From Catajapyx aquilonaris (Eukaryota): a DNA stretch of 64,000 nt. Under the pieces are notes generated by a model. It saw only the letters and a list, made by a program, of their open reading frames with translations. It did no database searches and was not told the origin of the DNA. The position numbers and the translations under genes were made by a program. Positions 12,721 to 24,769 of the stretch are shown in pieces. Location: contig KZ538078.1 in the NCBI GenBank assembly GCA_000934665.2, positions 1 to 64,000 on the forward strand, written 5' to 3'. The first letter of the stretch is position 1; each line of letters begins with the position of its first letter.

Positions 12721-15700
12721 CTGAAATCATAACATAATTAAAGTCATTACCGATGCAGTAGCACACTATTAACATAATGAACCTATCTGCACTGCTCCCG
12801 TTGTCAACTCAATACAGTTAGTTGGCGCAACTTTGGGAACACTTTTTGACTCCCGCACACTGATGGAAAGTACGGCAGTTGAATGCAGTTCTGGAGAAAG
12901 GGATTTCCCTTGGCATCCACTAAGCAAGGAAAAAAGATTCGTCTCGCCTGTCTTTTGGGCCACCTCCCGACGGGTTCTGTACAGTACACACACGTCGACT
13001 GTTAACATTTCCCAGTTAGCATTCCCACGGTGAAACAGAAGGGGACTCGGAAGATTTTATCGCCCTGGAAATCTCCTCACCATGCCTCCCTTTTCCTTCC
13101 CCACTTTTTTTTCTTCTTTGGAATGGAAGGGCAATTTCTGAACCGAAATGGGCTTGGTTGGTCATTGTAACTGAAGTAAAACAAAGGCTCGGAAACACCA
13201 ATAAAGCTCAAGATGAGCTGCAGATATTGTCCCTTCTGGTAGACCTCCCCCTGACCACCCTACACACAAAAAAATACCGTTTGGTCTTTGTCCCAAACTC
13301 CATCGGCGCCAGTTGCGAACCCCCTCCCCCCTTTTCTATAACTGAAATGAGTCTCCCCATCCCACTCACCCCCCAGCAACCCAGTCCACATATAGGCTAC
13401 CTTGCACGGGATCTCACTTTCCAGCAAGTAGGAAAGCAAGGCGGAGGGGATCCACTTAATTAATTCCTGCCCATCACTCACGGAGCCCAATTTACATACT
13501 GCATACTAATCAGCTTGAACAATCGTTCCGCCCGTCCTCCATTTACTTACCAATAGAGCGTTCCCGCACGCGCTTCTCTCTGAAACCCAAGGCAACTATG
13601 CCCAAAGTGTTCTAACCTGAAACATAATTTCTTGAGCCCGGTTGCAGGTGTAGGCTTTCCCCAAAACGCTCTTATGGAGGAATTAGCGCCAGACGTCCTC
13701 TTTCGGCCCACCCAAACTCCTCCCGCAAGCCCTTTAGGACAGCACGTGATAAATTTTCTGCCCAGCAGCCTTTTGTTCCGCCAGGAAATTAGAGAGCCGC
13801 CTCCTTTCCCTCCCTCGACTTATTTCGTACAATATGGCTCGCCGTGTTAAGGATTATTAGGAAAAGAGTGTCAGCGGTCAACCGCAACTGCCGGTGGTGT
13901 GCTGTACATGCTGGGACCGCACCAGTTACACTGGATCAACATTAGAAACAATTGGATGTGTACAGCATGCTTATCATAGAAAGCACTGAATCATCACAAC
14001 TGAATATTGATGATGATAATGCGACAAACAATATTTGACCACCAGCCTTCATTAGTATGTAATTGGAGTGCGCCCAGGGTATCGCATTCGATATGGCTAT
14101 ACTACTGCAAGTGGACTAACTATACAACTATAGTACGATAGTTTGGGTCATTTGAATGACGATATCTGATCATATTTGGTGGATAGTTAGCTGACACTGA
14201 CCCTTCATGCACATTTATCAAGGTATATTCAAGGTGCTAGACTTTGACCAGTTTTTGGTGGTGCATACAGTTACAGCACCCTTCTAAGTGTAATGCCCTG
14301 GGAAGAGCATTACACACACATTTACTTTACATAATTGCAATTAATTATTCTCTGACAGAACCTGTGGCGACGACTCGAAAACCAGGTTATATTTTCTGCT
14401 TCGGTAGAGGATTTCCCATATATCCTGCAGCAGTTGAATGGAGTTTCTGTTGTGCTGGTTTCCAACTATTATCATATTTCCTGCAAGGGTTCTCGGCTGT
14501 GCTCTGCTCTGTTACACAGTATGTCTTCTCTATTATACTGTAGGATATGATGCTATTACATGTGCACTGATACATAGATATAAATTGGCAAAAATCTCTC
14601 TCAGCTCTTGGTAATGATTACCAACTTGTGGATTGGCCGAGGGCAACTTCCGCTATCTTTGAAGCCTTCAGTTACAGGAAAACATCTTTCAAACAACTTA
14701 TCATCAGATCAGCCAAAAGCAATGTACAGTACAGTACTACACGCTTAGATGAACAAATAATATGGAAAAGTTTCGTAAGGAAAATTGATGTCCATTAAAA
14801 CGTCTGTAGTAGTTAGCGATATTTGGAAGTAAGCTGTTTATTATGAAGCAGTAACTTCGGAATTGTGAATTTTAATTGTTATCAAAGGTATTATTAGACT
14901 ATCCATCACTTTGCATGCCTGCATGGGATATATTTCGGCAAAAAATAGGTTCTACAGTAGGCCTATTATTGGAATTCCATACTGGAGTTGTTCCAATAGG
15001 CCACTTCCAATCGGAAATCCATTGCAGTTCAAAGCTTATATGATGCAATTCGCCCTAATATCAGAATGTAAGATTTTTATAACCTTCAAAAGTAGCTATT
15101 CTTAACTAACTGCTTAGAAAGGCAGATCAGTGCCAAAAAATCACTAAATCACTGCAGCTATTTCATTTGGAACACACTGTACATAAAATGACATTGTATA
15201 CGACAAAATAATAGTCAAATAGACAATCCATTGCACCTGAGCCGTAACGTAAAGTGAGGCACCGCAACGAATTACACTGAAGAACGAACCCCTGCTTAGA
15301 ATGATTGGTTTCGACATTTATCTGGAAGGCTGACAGGAGAGATGCAGCCACACATAATAACCTGGTCCTGATGCGAGCACGCCTGATAGGACAGCCCAAG
15401 TCCTAAAGGTTTCTACACTGCAAATCAAGCGTATCAAGTAGTGGAAAGTGGTGGTTACACGCAGAGTCCACACGTCAAAGAGAATGGTAATTGCTTGGAA
15501 GTGGTTTTGCCAATACCGGTGATTAAAAGAAAGAGGAGATGGAAGGGCGGCTGGCGTGAAATGGAGCAAACTCGGCGTGGGTAATTCTCGAGAGGAAAGA
15601 GAACCACGTATTTCCAGAAGAAAAGCTCCTCGGCTCTCTGATTGCACCTCGGGGAACTCGCTCGGGGCCCAAATCTATAAAGAAACAAGGCTGCTGCTGG

Positions 15701-18609
15701 CCCAGCTACAGACTTACTACTGCAATAAATAAGTAAGAGCCACCATATAGATTTCCCATACAATTCTCCCGTTCGCTCCACATAATAATGCCATTTTTTT
15801 TTGGGGGGGGGGGGGAGAGAATAATAAGAGGCATAATGGTCCTACCACTTCGTTTTCTCTCGTTCTTTTCAATTTTTCTTCCCTTCGCTCTGTTCGCGCA
15901 AAACAAACTTCTGGAGAGAGGAAATGTGAAACAGCGAATTGAAAACACGTTTAGTGGAAACGTGTCCCGGATGCAAAGTACAGCTGGAGTCGAGTAAGGG
16001 GCAAAAGGAGGGTATGCCTAACAAGTAATGCGGGATCCGGCAATTTCTTGGAAAAAGTAACGACGTGGGCGGCTACACATATTCAGCCCAGTCACTCCCA
16101 GTAGATCAAAGTATAAAGAGGGAACATTTTCGCGACTTTAAGGGACATGACGATCAATACTTGGCAAGTTGTTCGCCGTGCATGCAACTCGTACTGGAAA
16201 TTAGGAACTGGAATGAAAGTTGGTGAAAGCCTGCACCGAAACTCCAGGGCCCAGACGAGCGACAGGTAATTAAATCCGGCGTGGTTAACTTCTCTCATAT
16301 CTCCCGGTTGGCCCTACGACAACCGCCACAACTTGGTTTCATTTGGAGCGCCCCCTCCCCAACCCCCACCCTCTCTCCTTCCTATTTTTGGAAAGAACGC
16401 CTTCAACTGCCTCAATACCAAAAAATCGGTCCCTTTTGGCGAACAGGATCCTGAATCGATATTTGAAGGCTGCCTTTCACCGTTTCCAGCATTCCACAAA
16501 CATTTGGACGAAAACCTCGCAGGAAATTTACTTAGTTGCCACGGGATTTTTCCTCCCCTGGTCCAATGCGGCGGTATCGAGTTAATGCGAAAATATGTGC
16601 AGAGGCGGAATATCCGAAAGCGAGTGGTATTCGTAGGAATCTGCCCTCTCGGCGCTCCCTGAGCAGCAAGGGAAACGGCATTATCAGCAACAGCGGGGCA
16701 ATATTTCCAAAGTGAAATATGACTGGGAGGACGAGGCCACCAGGCCCATAAAGAGGTCATTCTCCGACCAGCATCAGGTCCAACTTATGAGCCCCCTCCG
16801 CTGCAAAAGGCCAGTTTTCCAAGTGAAAAAAAAGAGAAGGTGTCAAAGGCAGTCCATCAAATCAATAATCGAGACCTTTTCCAACGTCCCCCCATCGCCA
16901 TCCCTTTCCAATACCCCCACAATGGAAGCTTGGAAGGCGTACTTTGCATGGGAAAAGCTGACACGCTTTTGTGAGAGCAGGAAATCGTCCCGATAGTCAA
17001 TGCCTCCGCGATTAAAATTTCCGACCTCCCTCGACGTGCACGCCCCTCAATATATGGGATGCTGATACCCTTGGCAAACTCGCCTAGCTACAAAGCTGTC
17101 TCCGGATGATTTATGAATGCGGGAACCAGCCTACAACTCAATTCTTTGCTGCTGCTCCAGGCCCTATCACTCACATTCTACCGCTAACTTTGTTTCGACA
17201 CATGCAGCTTAGCCACGCAAATTTTAGACAAATATTTGGTCTAAACCCATGGAAACTGATGGGAATCGTCTAACCTCAAACGGTTCGGGAATCGGAAGAA
17301 AGCCTCCGCAAGTAGTGTCGCAGCCACGCCTTGGGGCATAACCTCTGTAGAGGGGCTATAATCCCAACCTGCAAGTTTTGCCGTAGTGTGAATCCTGCAG
17401 GTGCGGAGGAAGGATTCTGGGATGCATCAGAGCGAACTTAAGACTCTTGCTTAGAGCCAAACCCCAGCCATTTGCAATGCTGATACCTCGTTTCCTTGGG
17501 CCTCAATAGCTCATGCTGAGTACCGAGCTGTGTGTATTTGTGCATGTACAGTATAGGCGTCTCTATAGGATCCGCTCACTGATTTTCGTGGTAGACATCA
17601 TCCACTTGGTCCCCAAGGTGGCTCTCTTGTGAGTAGGAAAGGTGCAGGGTCCTTCAATCAATACAATTCGCCATGAATATTTGGGCCACCTGGACCGTGA
17701 AAAGAGATAAGATTGAATTTTTCCAGCTGGTCCCCGCCGCTGGATTCTCTCCCTTCTCTTCCCCCTTTTTCCCTTTTTCCCCATTCTGGAACGGCTTTTG
17801 AGGTCTGCGACATTAATGAGAAAAGGTGCTCTGGTTCCGCCGTCTTTTTCTTCTTCTCTCCCGTGAAAGAAAAATCAATGTGCCAGTTTGAAAAGGTAAG
17901 CCTATCAACACTAATAGGATTTTGCATCGAGTTTCCTTATACCGTATAATATTATTGGAATGGGACCAGCCTGCGCTTTAATCACTGCTGGAACGTTCGC
18001 TGCGGGGAAAAATGATGAGCACTTAAAACTGTCCAAATGTAATCGGGCCAAATGATGGCGTGCAGGCCTACAATAAACGAGTATCAGTGTCTGTGGACTA
18101 TCCTCCCCTAAGGGAATATGCAACGACCTGCGGGACTGCAAAGCCCTCGGGTTATCTCTTGTCCAGCCAGGATCGATCAATTGTAAACCGTGGAGATAAT
18201 TTTAGAGTTATATAACTCCCACCACATGCGTCCAGCACATATGTACTCCTGGCCTACATGTTGAAATCAATCAGTTCTTATACACATACCTGCAGGATTC
18301 TGTGATTCTTAATTTCCGTTTCTTCCTTGCTGCTGCTGGGACAATGTCCAAACATGACCGTCGGCAATACGTTCTTATCTTTCAATTTACGCGGACGTTT
18401 GTGAAGTGTTCTGCCCCGATGTCAACGAGTTATCTGATTTGTAGTACGTTATTCGACACTGCAGAGGCCATTTTAGGACACATCAACATTCGGTGCCAAT
18501 CGTCACGTTGGATATCATCTTGGTTCTAACTGCACAGTAATCAAGTCTGATAGAAGTGAAAATGATTAGTTGACTACTAATAAAGTCAATAAGAACGTGA
18601 ATGCAATGC

Positions 18610-18652
<43 letters not shown>

Positions 18653-21600
18653 CGACATTTCCCTATAAGGGGTAGTCAGCGATGACGGGAGCCACAAGCT
18701 AACCCAAAATATGAACTAAATTAAAAATGGTGAAATCAGCCTATAAACCACCCATATAACCCCCCCCCCCCTGCCCATCTCAGACAACAATGCAATATTA
18801 ATATTTACATGTTATCTCAGAAATCTCACTTTTAAAATTGCGCTTTTGCATAATTATATTATTTTTTAAACCTCGGTGGACAAATCGCTCTCATAATTAT
18901 TATCATACGCTACCTTAGTATGGTACAGTATGATACAAGAAGTAATAGACTCTACAAGTTTAATCCTAACATGTATGCAACCTCACCCTTGTATCACGAC
19001 CTACATAACCTCCAGGATGAAGTTTCTAAAACTGGTCTGTACAGTATACTGCAGTAAAATATCGTATTTCCTAGGGGGGTTACAGTTCCGTAGTGCTGCT
19101 CGAAGTTGTTTAATATAACGTGGAACTGTACAGTGGCTTTGATGCTCATCTTTAATAAAAGGGCTGGGCTTAAGGCTTCTGAACAGAGGAATTGTGACGA
19201 TGTTGTGCCCGCAAAACTTTCGAGTAACTTATTTTTATGGGAGAAGGCGGAGTCAAGATGTGCGCTATTGTACATGAAGTGTACAATAGTATATAGGCTA
19301 CATATTCCGTAATCATCACCGAAGGAGAGCAGGTGTATGGTTCAACAAAAGCCTTTCCTTCTATTGTGCTGCAGAGTCTTCATCGGAGCTATAATTTGTA
19401 CTGCGGAGAAATATTACGACTATACATGCACCTAGAGTATAGACAGTGACGTGAAACACCGGAATTCTTAATATTGGCACCTGTCCCTCGCATAGAGGAA
19501 AATCTACCAATAGGGCGCATTTAATAAAAACGGGAGTATTGCACTTCGCAAATGTTCTCTGCCCAAGGGGAAAACCATTTCAATGCATCAAAACCCTCTC
19601 TGAAGCGAAGCTCTACTCAGGCCAGATATTTTTTTTAAAGTCGCAGAACTAATATTTTGACCGAGCCTTTTTTTCCTCGGCTTGTACAAACAATCAAACA
19701 ATTTCGTAGTGTTTAAATGCTCAACCACACTGTACCTGTATATGTTAGAGCAAATGTACCGTATTTTTTCAGATTAAATTTAAGTTTCGATAATTAATCT
19801 ATACCAGTTAATGTTTCCAAAAGTGCGAGCGGAGTGGGCGGTCCCTGCGCCAAAATGCTGCAGCTGAAATGGGTGCGTGCAAATAATTTGCAGAGAGAAT
19901 AATTTTTTTTCTGCAACGAAGAGCGGGAAATGGTCTGATTGGTTTAGAGCCAACCGAGGCGATTGACACCAAAATAGGATTTGGCAGTCGGGCTGAAAAT
20001 TCGCTGCAACAGCAACTAATGACTAATCAGCAGTTTCAGGGCAGATCCAACAAGCTATGCAGCCACTAAGCACAGGTAATTGTATTTTGCTGCCGAAAAA
20101 AAACCATGGACAATAAATTTCATTGCACCAAATTGCATTCAAATATCTATAGCACTTTACGATAGAACATTGTCATTTTCTGTTCAGGTTTTCACAAAAT
20201 GACTTTTCCAATACCAACAATCCTAGTCCAGAGGCCTAATCGGTTTACCACCGACCTGCATCGATTAACCTAGATCACGTATTTGATTACTCGGAACGGC
20301 ATTAACTCCGCCTTTACGTTTCTTTACACAGGCTGTTTTGAAGCAAACCATAATTCTTCAGGTTTTATAGACTCAGGGTACATCAATGTTTAATGCTGTG
20401 CGGTGATTAGAAACCATAACGATTTGTGTTGATAAGAGAAATTTATGACCAATAGCAGGAAGTGGCGTTTGCCAACCAATACAATCCCGAGCGTACAAGG
20501 GCTTATTTACTTTAATGCTCGTTCCGGAACTGGCAGCTGCAAGCCGAATTTCCAGATTACCGCCACTCGACTCTATAGGCGGACGATACAGCAAGGATCA
20601 GTGGATACATGGGCCAAAAACTTTCAAACCCAACATGCAAATTAGTCAGCGATGGCTTTTGTTCTCTGGCAGCAGTCGTCGTCAGTGTCCCTTCATTCCT
20701 AGCGGCAAGCAAAGCGTAGCCGAGTTGGACGACTGCTGTGCAGACACCCAATTTAGCCGAGTGTTTGGAAGCGCTGGAGCAAAATCCAATCGCCGGGGAT
20801 CCTCCTCATCTCGGCCTTTCTAGCCCCCTCTTTCCCCGGCAACCTCAAAACAGCAACTCGAAGACAGAAGCGGCCTGGAAATGCAAAGGGAAAACCGGGG
20901 GCCCGGACAGCAAATCAATGGCCGAGGCTTTCGTAATGAGATTTTCGCGACATGCCATCCGAACCCCCTAGAGGAAGAGGTGAGTCAGGAGATGGGGGAA
21001 GGGAACCCTTTTGCAGACGCCGGAGGGGCTCGAATTAGCAAGGGTTCAAAGTTCACAAGCACCTTCAACTGTCACCAGAACTCGGGACTGATTTCACTTC
21101 TTGGCCCTGACGATCTAATCCGCTTTTAGGCGTTCCCGGTCCGAGAGGTTGGAAGGAAGGAAGACGATGCTTGATCCACTACGACGTTTCCTCAGCCCAT
21201 CATGACTTCTCTCTCTATCAACTCTATTCTACAAAGTGGCCGCTCTCCTAGATTCGCTCCAGGCATTATTGCCAAGATTCCGCATTAACGTGCCGTGCAT
21301 TTCCGCCTGGATTACACCAGTAAACTTGTTTGTTGCCAGATGCGGTTATATTCACAAACAGTCCCAGTCCAGGATCCCGCAGCAGGCAAGTTTGGTGTGT
21401 TCGCTTTACTCATCCTAGCCTGTGTCAAATGCTTTGGACTCACTCACGCGTTATGTCCACCAATGAAATTCCTCCCAGCTATCTACCCACCCAGCGACAC
21501 AGGATGTCCACAAGTCAGTCAGTTCGGTTTATCATTTGGTAGACCTTCTATTCATTGGTTGTGCCTCAACTGTCAGCATCGCCAGTTGTCAGCATATGTA

Positions 21601-21998
21601 GTACAGTACATGTACAGAACCCAGAATAATCTTGTTCGGCTCTATCATAAATCTGTCTTCTTTATAACTAAAGCCCTTTATATTTTGTAACTAACGCAGG
21701 AGGCGCCCCGTTGACCACTTGTCGTCTACTGGACACTCCGGAAAATAAGAAAGGAAAGCCGTGTGATAAATTGAGCGGAAGAAGAAGCCCGCTTAGTCCT
21801 GTTGGGCTGGTCCTTGACTAATGCATCCCATGGGCTGAATAAAAGTACCTGCTGCCCGCTTTCTTCTCTGACTGGCTCTGTGACAAGGCACCGCTCCTGG
21901 ACTATTATTTTATACACAGATAGAGCTGTCCTTGCTGTGGCCACAACCTCTGGGAAAAGAATAGGCCCGATGAAGGCTCCTCCACTCCCCAACATTAC
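12721..21998 (-). other. Phase-0 GT-AG intron (9,278 bp) splitting the Ig domain
   Basis: Canonical GT at 21998-21997 and AG at 12722-12721. Joining gives the continuous ...WQKDGK|PVGIY... with correct Ig Cys-Trp-Cys spacing. Confidence 0.9.
18609..18652 (+). repeat. (CAA)14 microsatellite
   Basis: Perfect CAA run of 44 nt. Confidence 0.98.
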
Positions 21999-22126
21999 CT
22001 TTCCATCCTTTTGCCACGAGCACTGCCCCTTCTTGTTGTAAATTTTGCACTCCAGCCGGGATTCTGTTTCGGGGTTGACTTCAGTGTACTCGGGTTGCTT
22101 CTCGAACTGCTGCATACCATTTGCAA
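21999..22126 (-). CDS. Coding exon, first half of the N-terminal Ig domain of an IgSF cell-adhesion protein (faint sausage/teiresias CG17716-like; Kirre/nephrin-related)
   Basis: Acceptor ttctccattttcag| precedes 22126 (phase 1) and donor AAG|gtaatg follows 21999 (phase 0). The 128 nt translate to (x)ANGMQQFEKQPEYTEVNPETESRLECKIYNKKGQCSWQKDGK. This shows the A-strand QxFxxxP, B-strand Cys (LEC) and C-strand Trp (WQKDG) of an Ig domain. The family name is recalled from memory, not from a search. Confidence 0.93.
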
Positions 22127-24627
22127 CTGAAAATGGAGAAACAGAAGTTTAGCATCCAGGCATGGTGGAAACACCGAGAACGTACTTGACGCAACTCACA
22201 ATGATATTTTGAGGCCTAATATCATATTACTAATTTTTATTTCATAGGATAATTTTTTTAAATTGTGCTTTTAATATAGTGGAAACCTGTTTTATTTCAT
22301 GGCTGATGACAATGGCTCTTCTTTGATTCAATGTTGTAATATCATTAGTCATTCGGACTGACAGCGTGTCATCTTAATTGCAGTCATTTGAGAGTGGAGG
22401 CTCTCCAAGCAGACTTACACACGCTATCTTGTCTGTCGGTGAGTCTCAACATCTGCAATCTATTTGTCAAATGCGGCCTCATTTCGAGAAGAGAGTAGCT
22501 GCGTTTCGGGGATTGATTTGAGCACGGTAACTGCAAAGCAGCCCAGCGGCGACCCATTTTCCCACAAGCTTAAAAAATTAGAGGCAGAAGCAATTTATCC
22601 AGGGGTCCGTGATCCGACTAGCAGAAAGATGCCGGCCCCCAGTGCAATCATCGGGATGCTTCAAGAAGGAGCGCGAGGAGAAGACGAATTCCCGTCAATT
22701 TGTCGCTTCCGGTCACTAGTCAATTTCACGGCTCTTCAAGGGCTATTCCATTTCCACCCGGATCCGTTTTCGGGGAGAAAAGCATCTGCGAGATAATCCG
22801 GGCCGCCCAGCTTTTCTCTACCTCCCCCATCTTACATCATATAACTTGGATCTTCGCACCCTTTTATCTCTCTCGCTTGATTTCCTTTTTCTACACTCTT
22901 CCACTCTAGACTATACCCTGTATACGCTGGGTGTATACAGTATTGTTCATACTAGTACTTTTTGCGGGGAAACATTTTTTGTGTGCGGCCATTCCACTCA
23001 TATCGTTTGTTCCTTTCTGAACTGGGTGGCAAAAGACTTCTTTCAGTGAGAGGTATCAGAATTTTTAGAGCCCAAAGTCGGCTACAAGGGAGAGGTAAAG
23101 AGCTACTTGAAACGCGACAAGCGGATTACCCTACTTTGGCTGCCGGTGAAGACGTTTCTGGAGGAAAAGCAGTCTTGCAAAATAAATTTAGCCTCCATCC
23201 TTCACGAGGGGGAATCCCCCCGACAAGCCAAGTCGGAAGCAGATCTGGTGAATTTATGGTGGCCCAGGTGAAGATTTGGACGATACAAAGGCCTTGTTGG
23301 GTGCTACCCAAATCATCTCCCCAAACCGCGACCTGCAGCAACAAGGCGTCGGTGCACTTGCTCTCAAGCATCGAGGCCCATTGTCATCAATATTCTAGGC
23401 GCAGTAAAAGCGTTGAGTGAGCATTCACTCCAGCACTAGTAGCCACCACTTTGAATGCGAGCATAAACCGACCTCTTCCTGCAATTTGTTGCAAAATGCT
23501 TGATTAAAAAGTGCTGTAAAGCTGGTAAGTGATGACATAATAGAACTGCTGAATATGGTAAATGGCCCAACCGCCTTCTTTGGCCCGGCTCCCTCAAGCG
23601 CCCGACTCAGTTTTAAGATACCATATATGGAATGAGGGTATTAAAAATGCAACAGCCGTGTCCTATGTTTCTCCGGAGAATAAACTGCAGACGGAAGAAA
23701 AGCTTCCCGGGACCTTCCCGACGTCAATTTCAACAAGGCCGGAAAATCTCATTAGCTCCAGTTCTCCGGGAGATCAGACGCATTTTGTCCACAAAGGCTG
23801 CAATACCGTATATTTTCCCTAGCAAACGTGACAGCCCTTCTTTTTGGTGAGGAGTGCATTGAAAACAGCCAGAGAGTTGCCTCCAATGCGCGGCAGTCAG
23901 GGTGAGTGCTCCCTTTTGGCCATTATCTCTCCGCTAAAGGCTATAAATGCCATTTGGGAGAGGTGTCGCCCCTTAGGCGGGCAGGCGACACCTTTCCGTG
24001 GTATCGCATCCATTACCAGGATTTGCTCCTCAGGTTGGAAAAAGCGGGGGGCAAGTCCTGTTTGCAAAGCACATGCTCATTTTCTCCATTAGGATCTAAT
24101 TCCCAGCATTTAGCGTCATCCATGTTCAAAGTGCTTCAACCAATCCTGCCTCCCTGCCCCTCTCCGCACAAAAGAAAAAGCCCGGGGAGTTGGAGCTGTA
24201 CGCAATATAAGCTTGCAATGCACTATATCAAGCAGGCGATTCCCAGAACCGAATCCTCCCAGCCGTTTGAAAAGTCTGGAAAGTTGGAAAAGGAGGGGAA
24301 ATCTCGTTAGTTGAGTAGTGGCGTCGTTCCATCTTAGACTGCGAAATGCGAGGCCTAATAGATTTCTCCGCCTGCCTACTGTGCATCAAAAGGTTAAACT
24401 GTTTACCCGGAGAGGAACAAGGAAGGGAATCCGGAGAGCACTTAGTGGCGCCGCCGTCCTGATGGAGCAGACGCTATGAATGTGTTTGTCTTTCTTCGCA
24501 GATCACTAATCGGAAGCAAGGACCTCGTCTCTCTTTCGTCTCATGCTGCAGCCTCCTTTACTACGTCCCTACAGCCCCATTCCTTTTCCACATCTACACA
24601 CTGCACCACAACTAAGTCACAACAAGT

Positions 24628-24769
24628 ACTATGGGGCTCAAATTCTTTTGGCCACTTTATCCTGGTCTTGAAGCAACCCTTCGCACAGGCCCCACGTTGA
24701 GGAAGTTTGTGTGTGAAGGGTTGCTTCAAGACCAGGATAAAGTGGCCAAAAAAATTTGAGCCCCATAGT
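24628..24769. mobile_element. 142-bp foldback element / MITE with 60-bp arms and a CACTATG (Transib-like) terminus
   Basis: 24628-24687 and 24710-24769 are reverse complements with 2 mismatches around a 22-nt loop. The right end reads CACTATGGGGC from the minus strand; the left end reads TACTATGGGGC. No target-site duplication (TSD) is seen. Confidence 0.75.

Noticed and set aside
21726..21998. Read-through of the 129-aa ORF beyond KDGK
   Set aside because: Ig similarity stops exactly at the GT donor; the remainder is intron.
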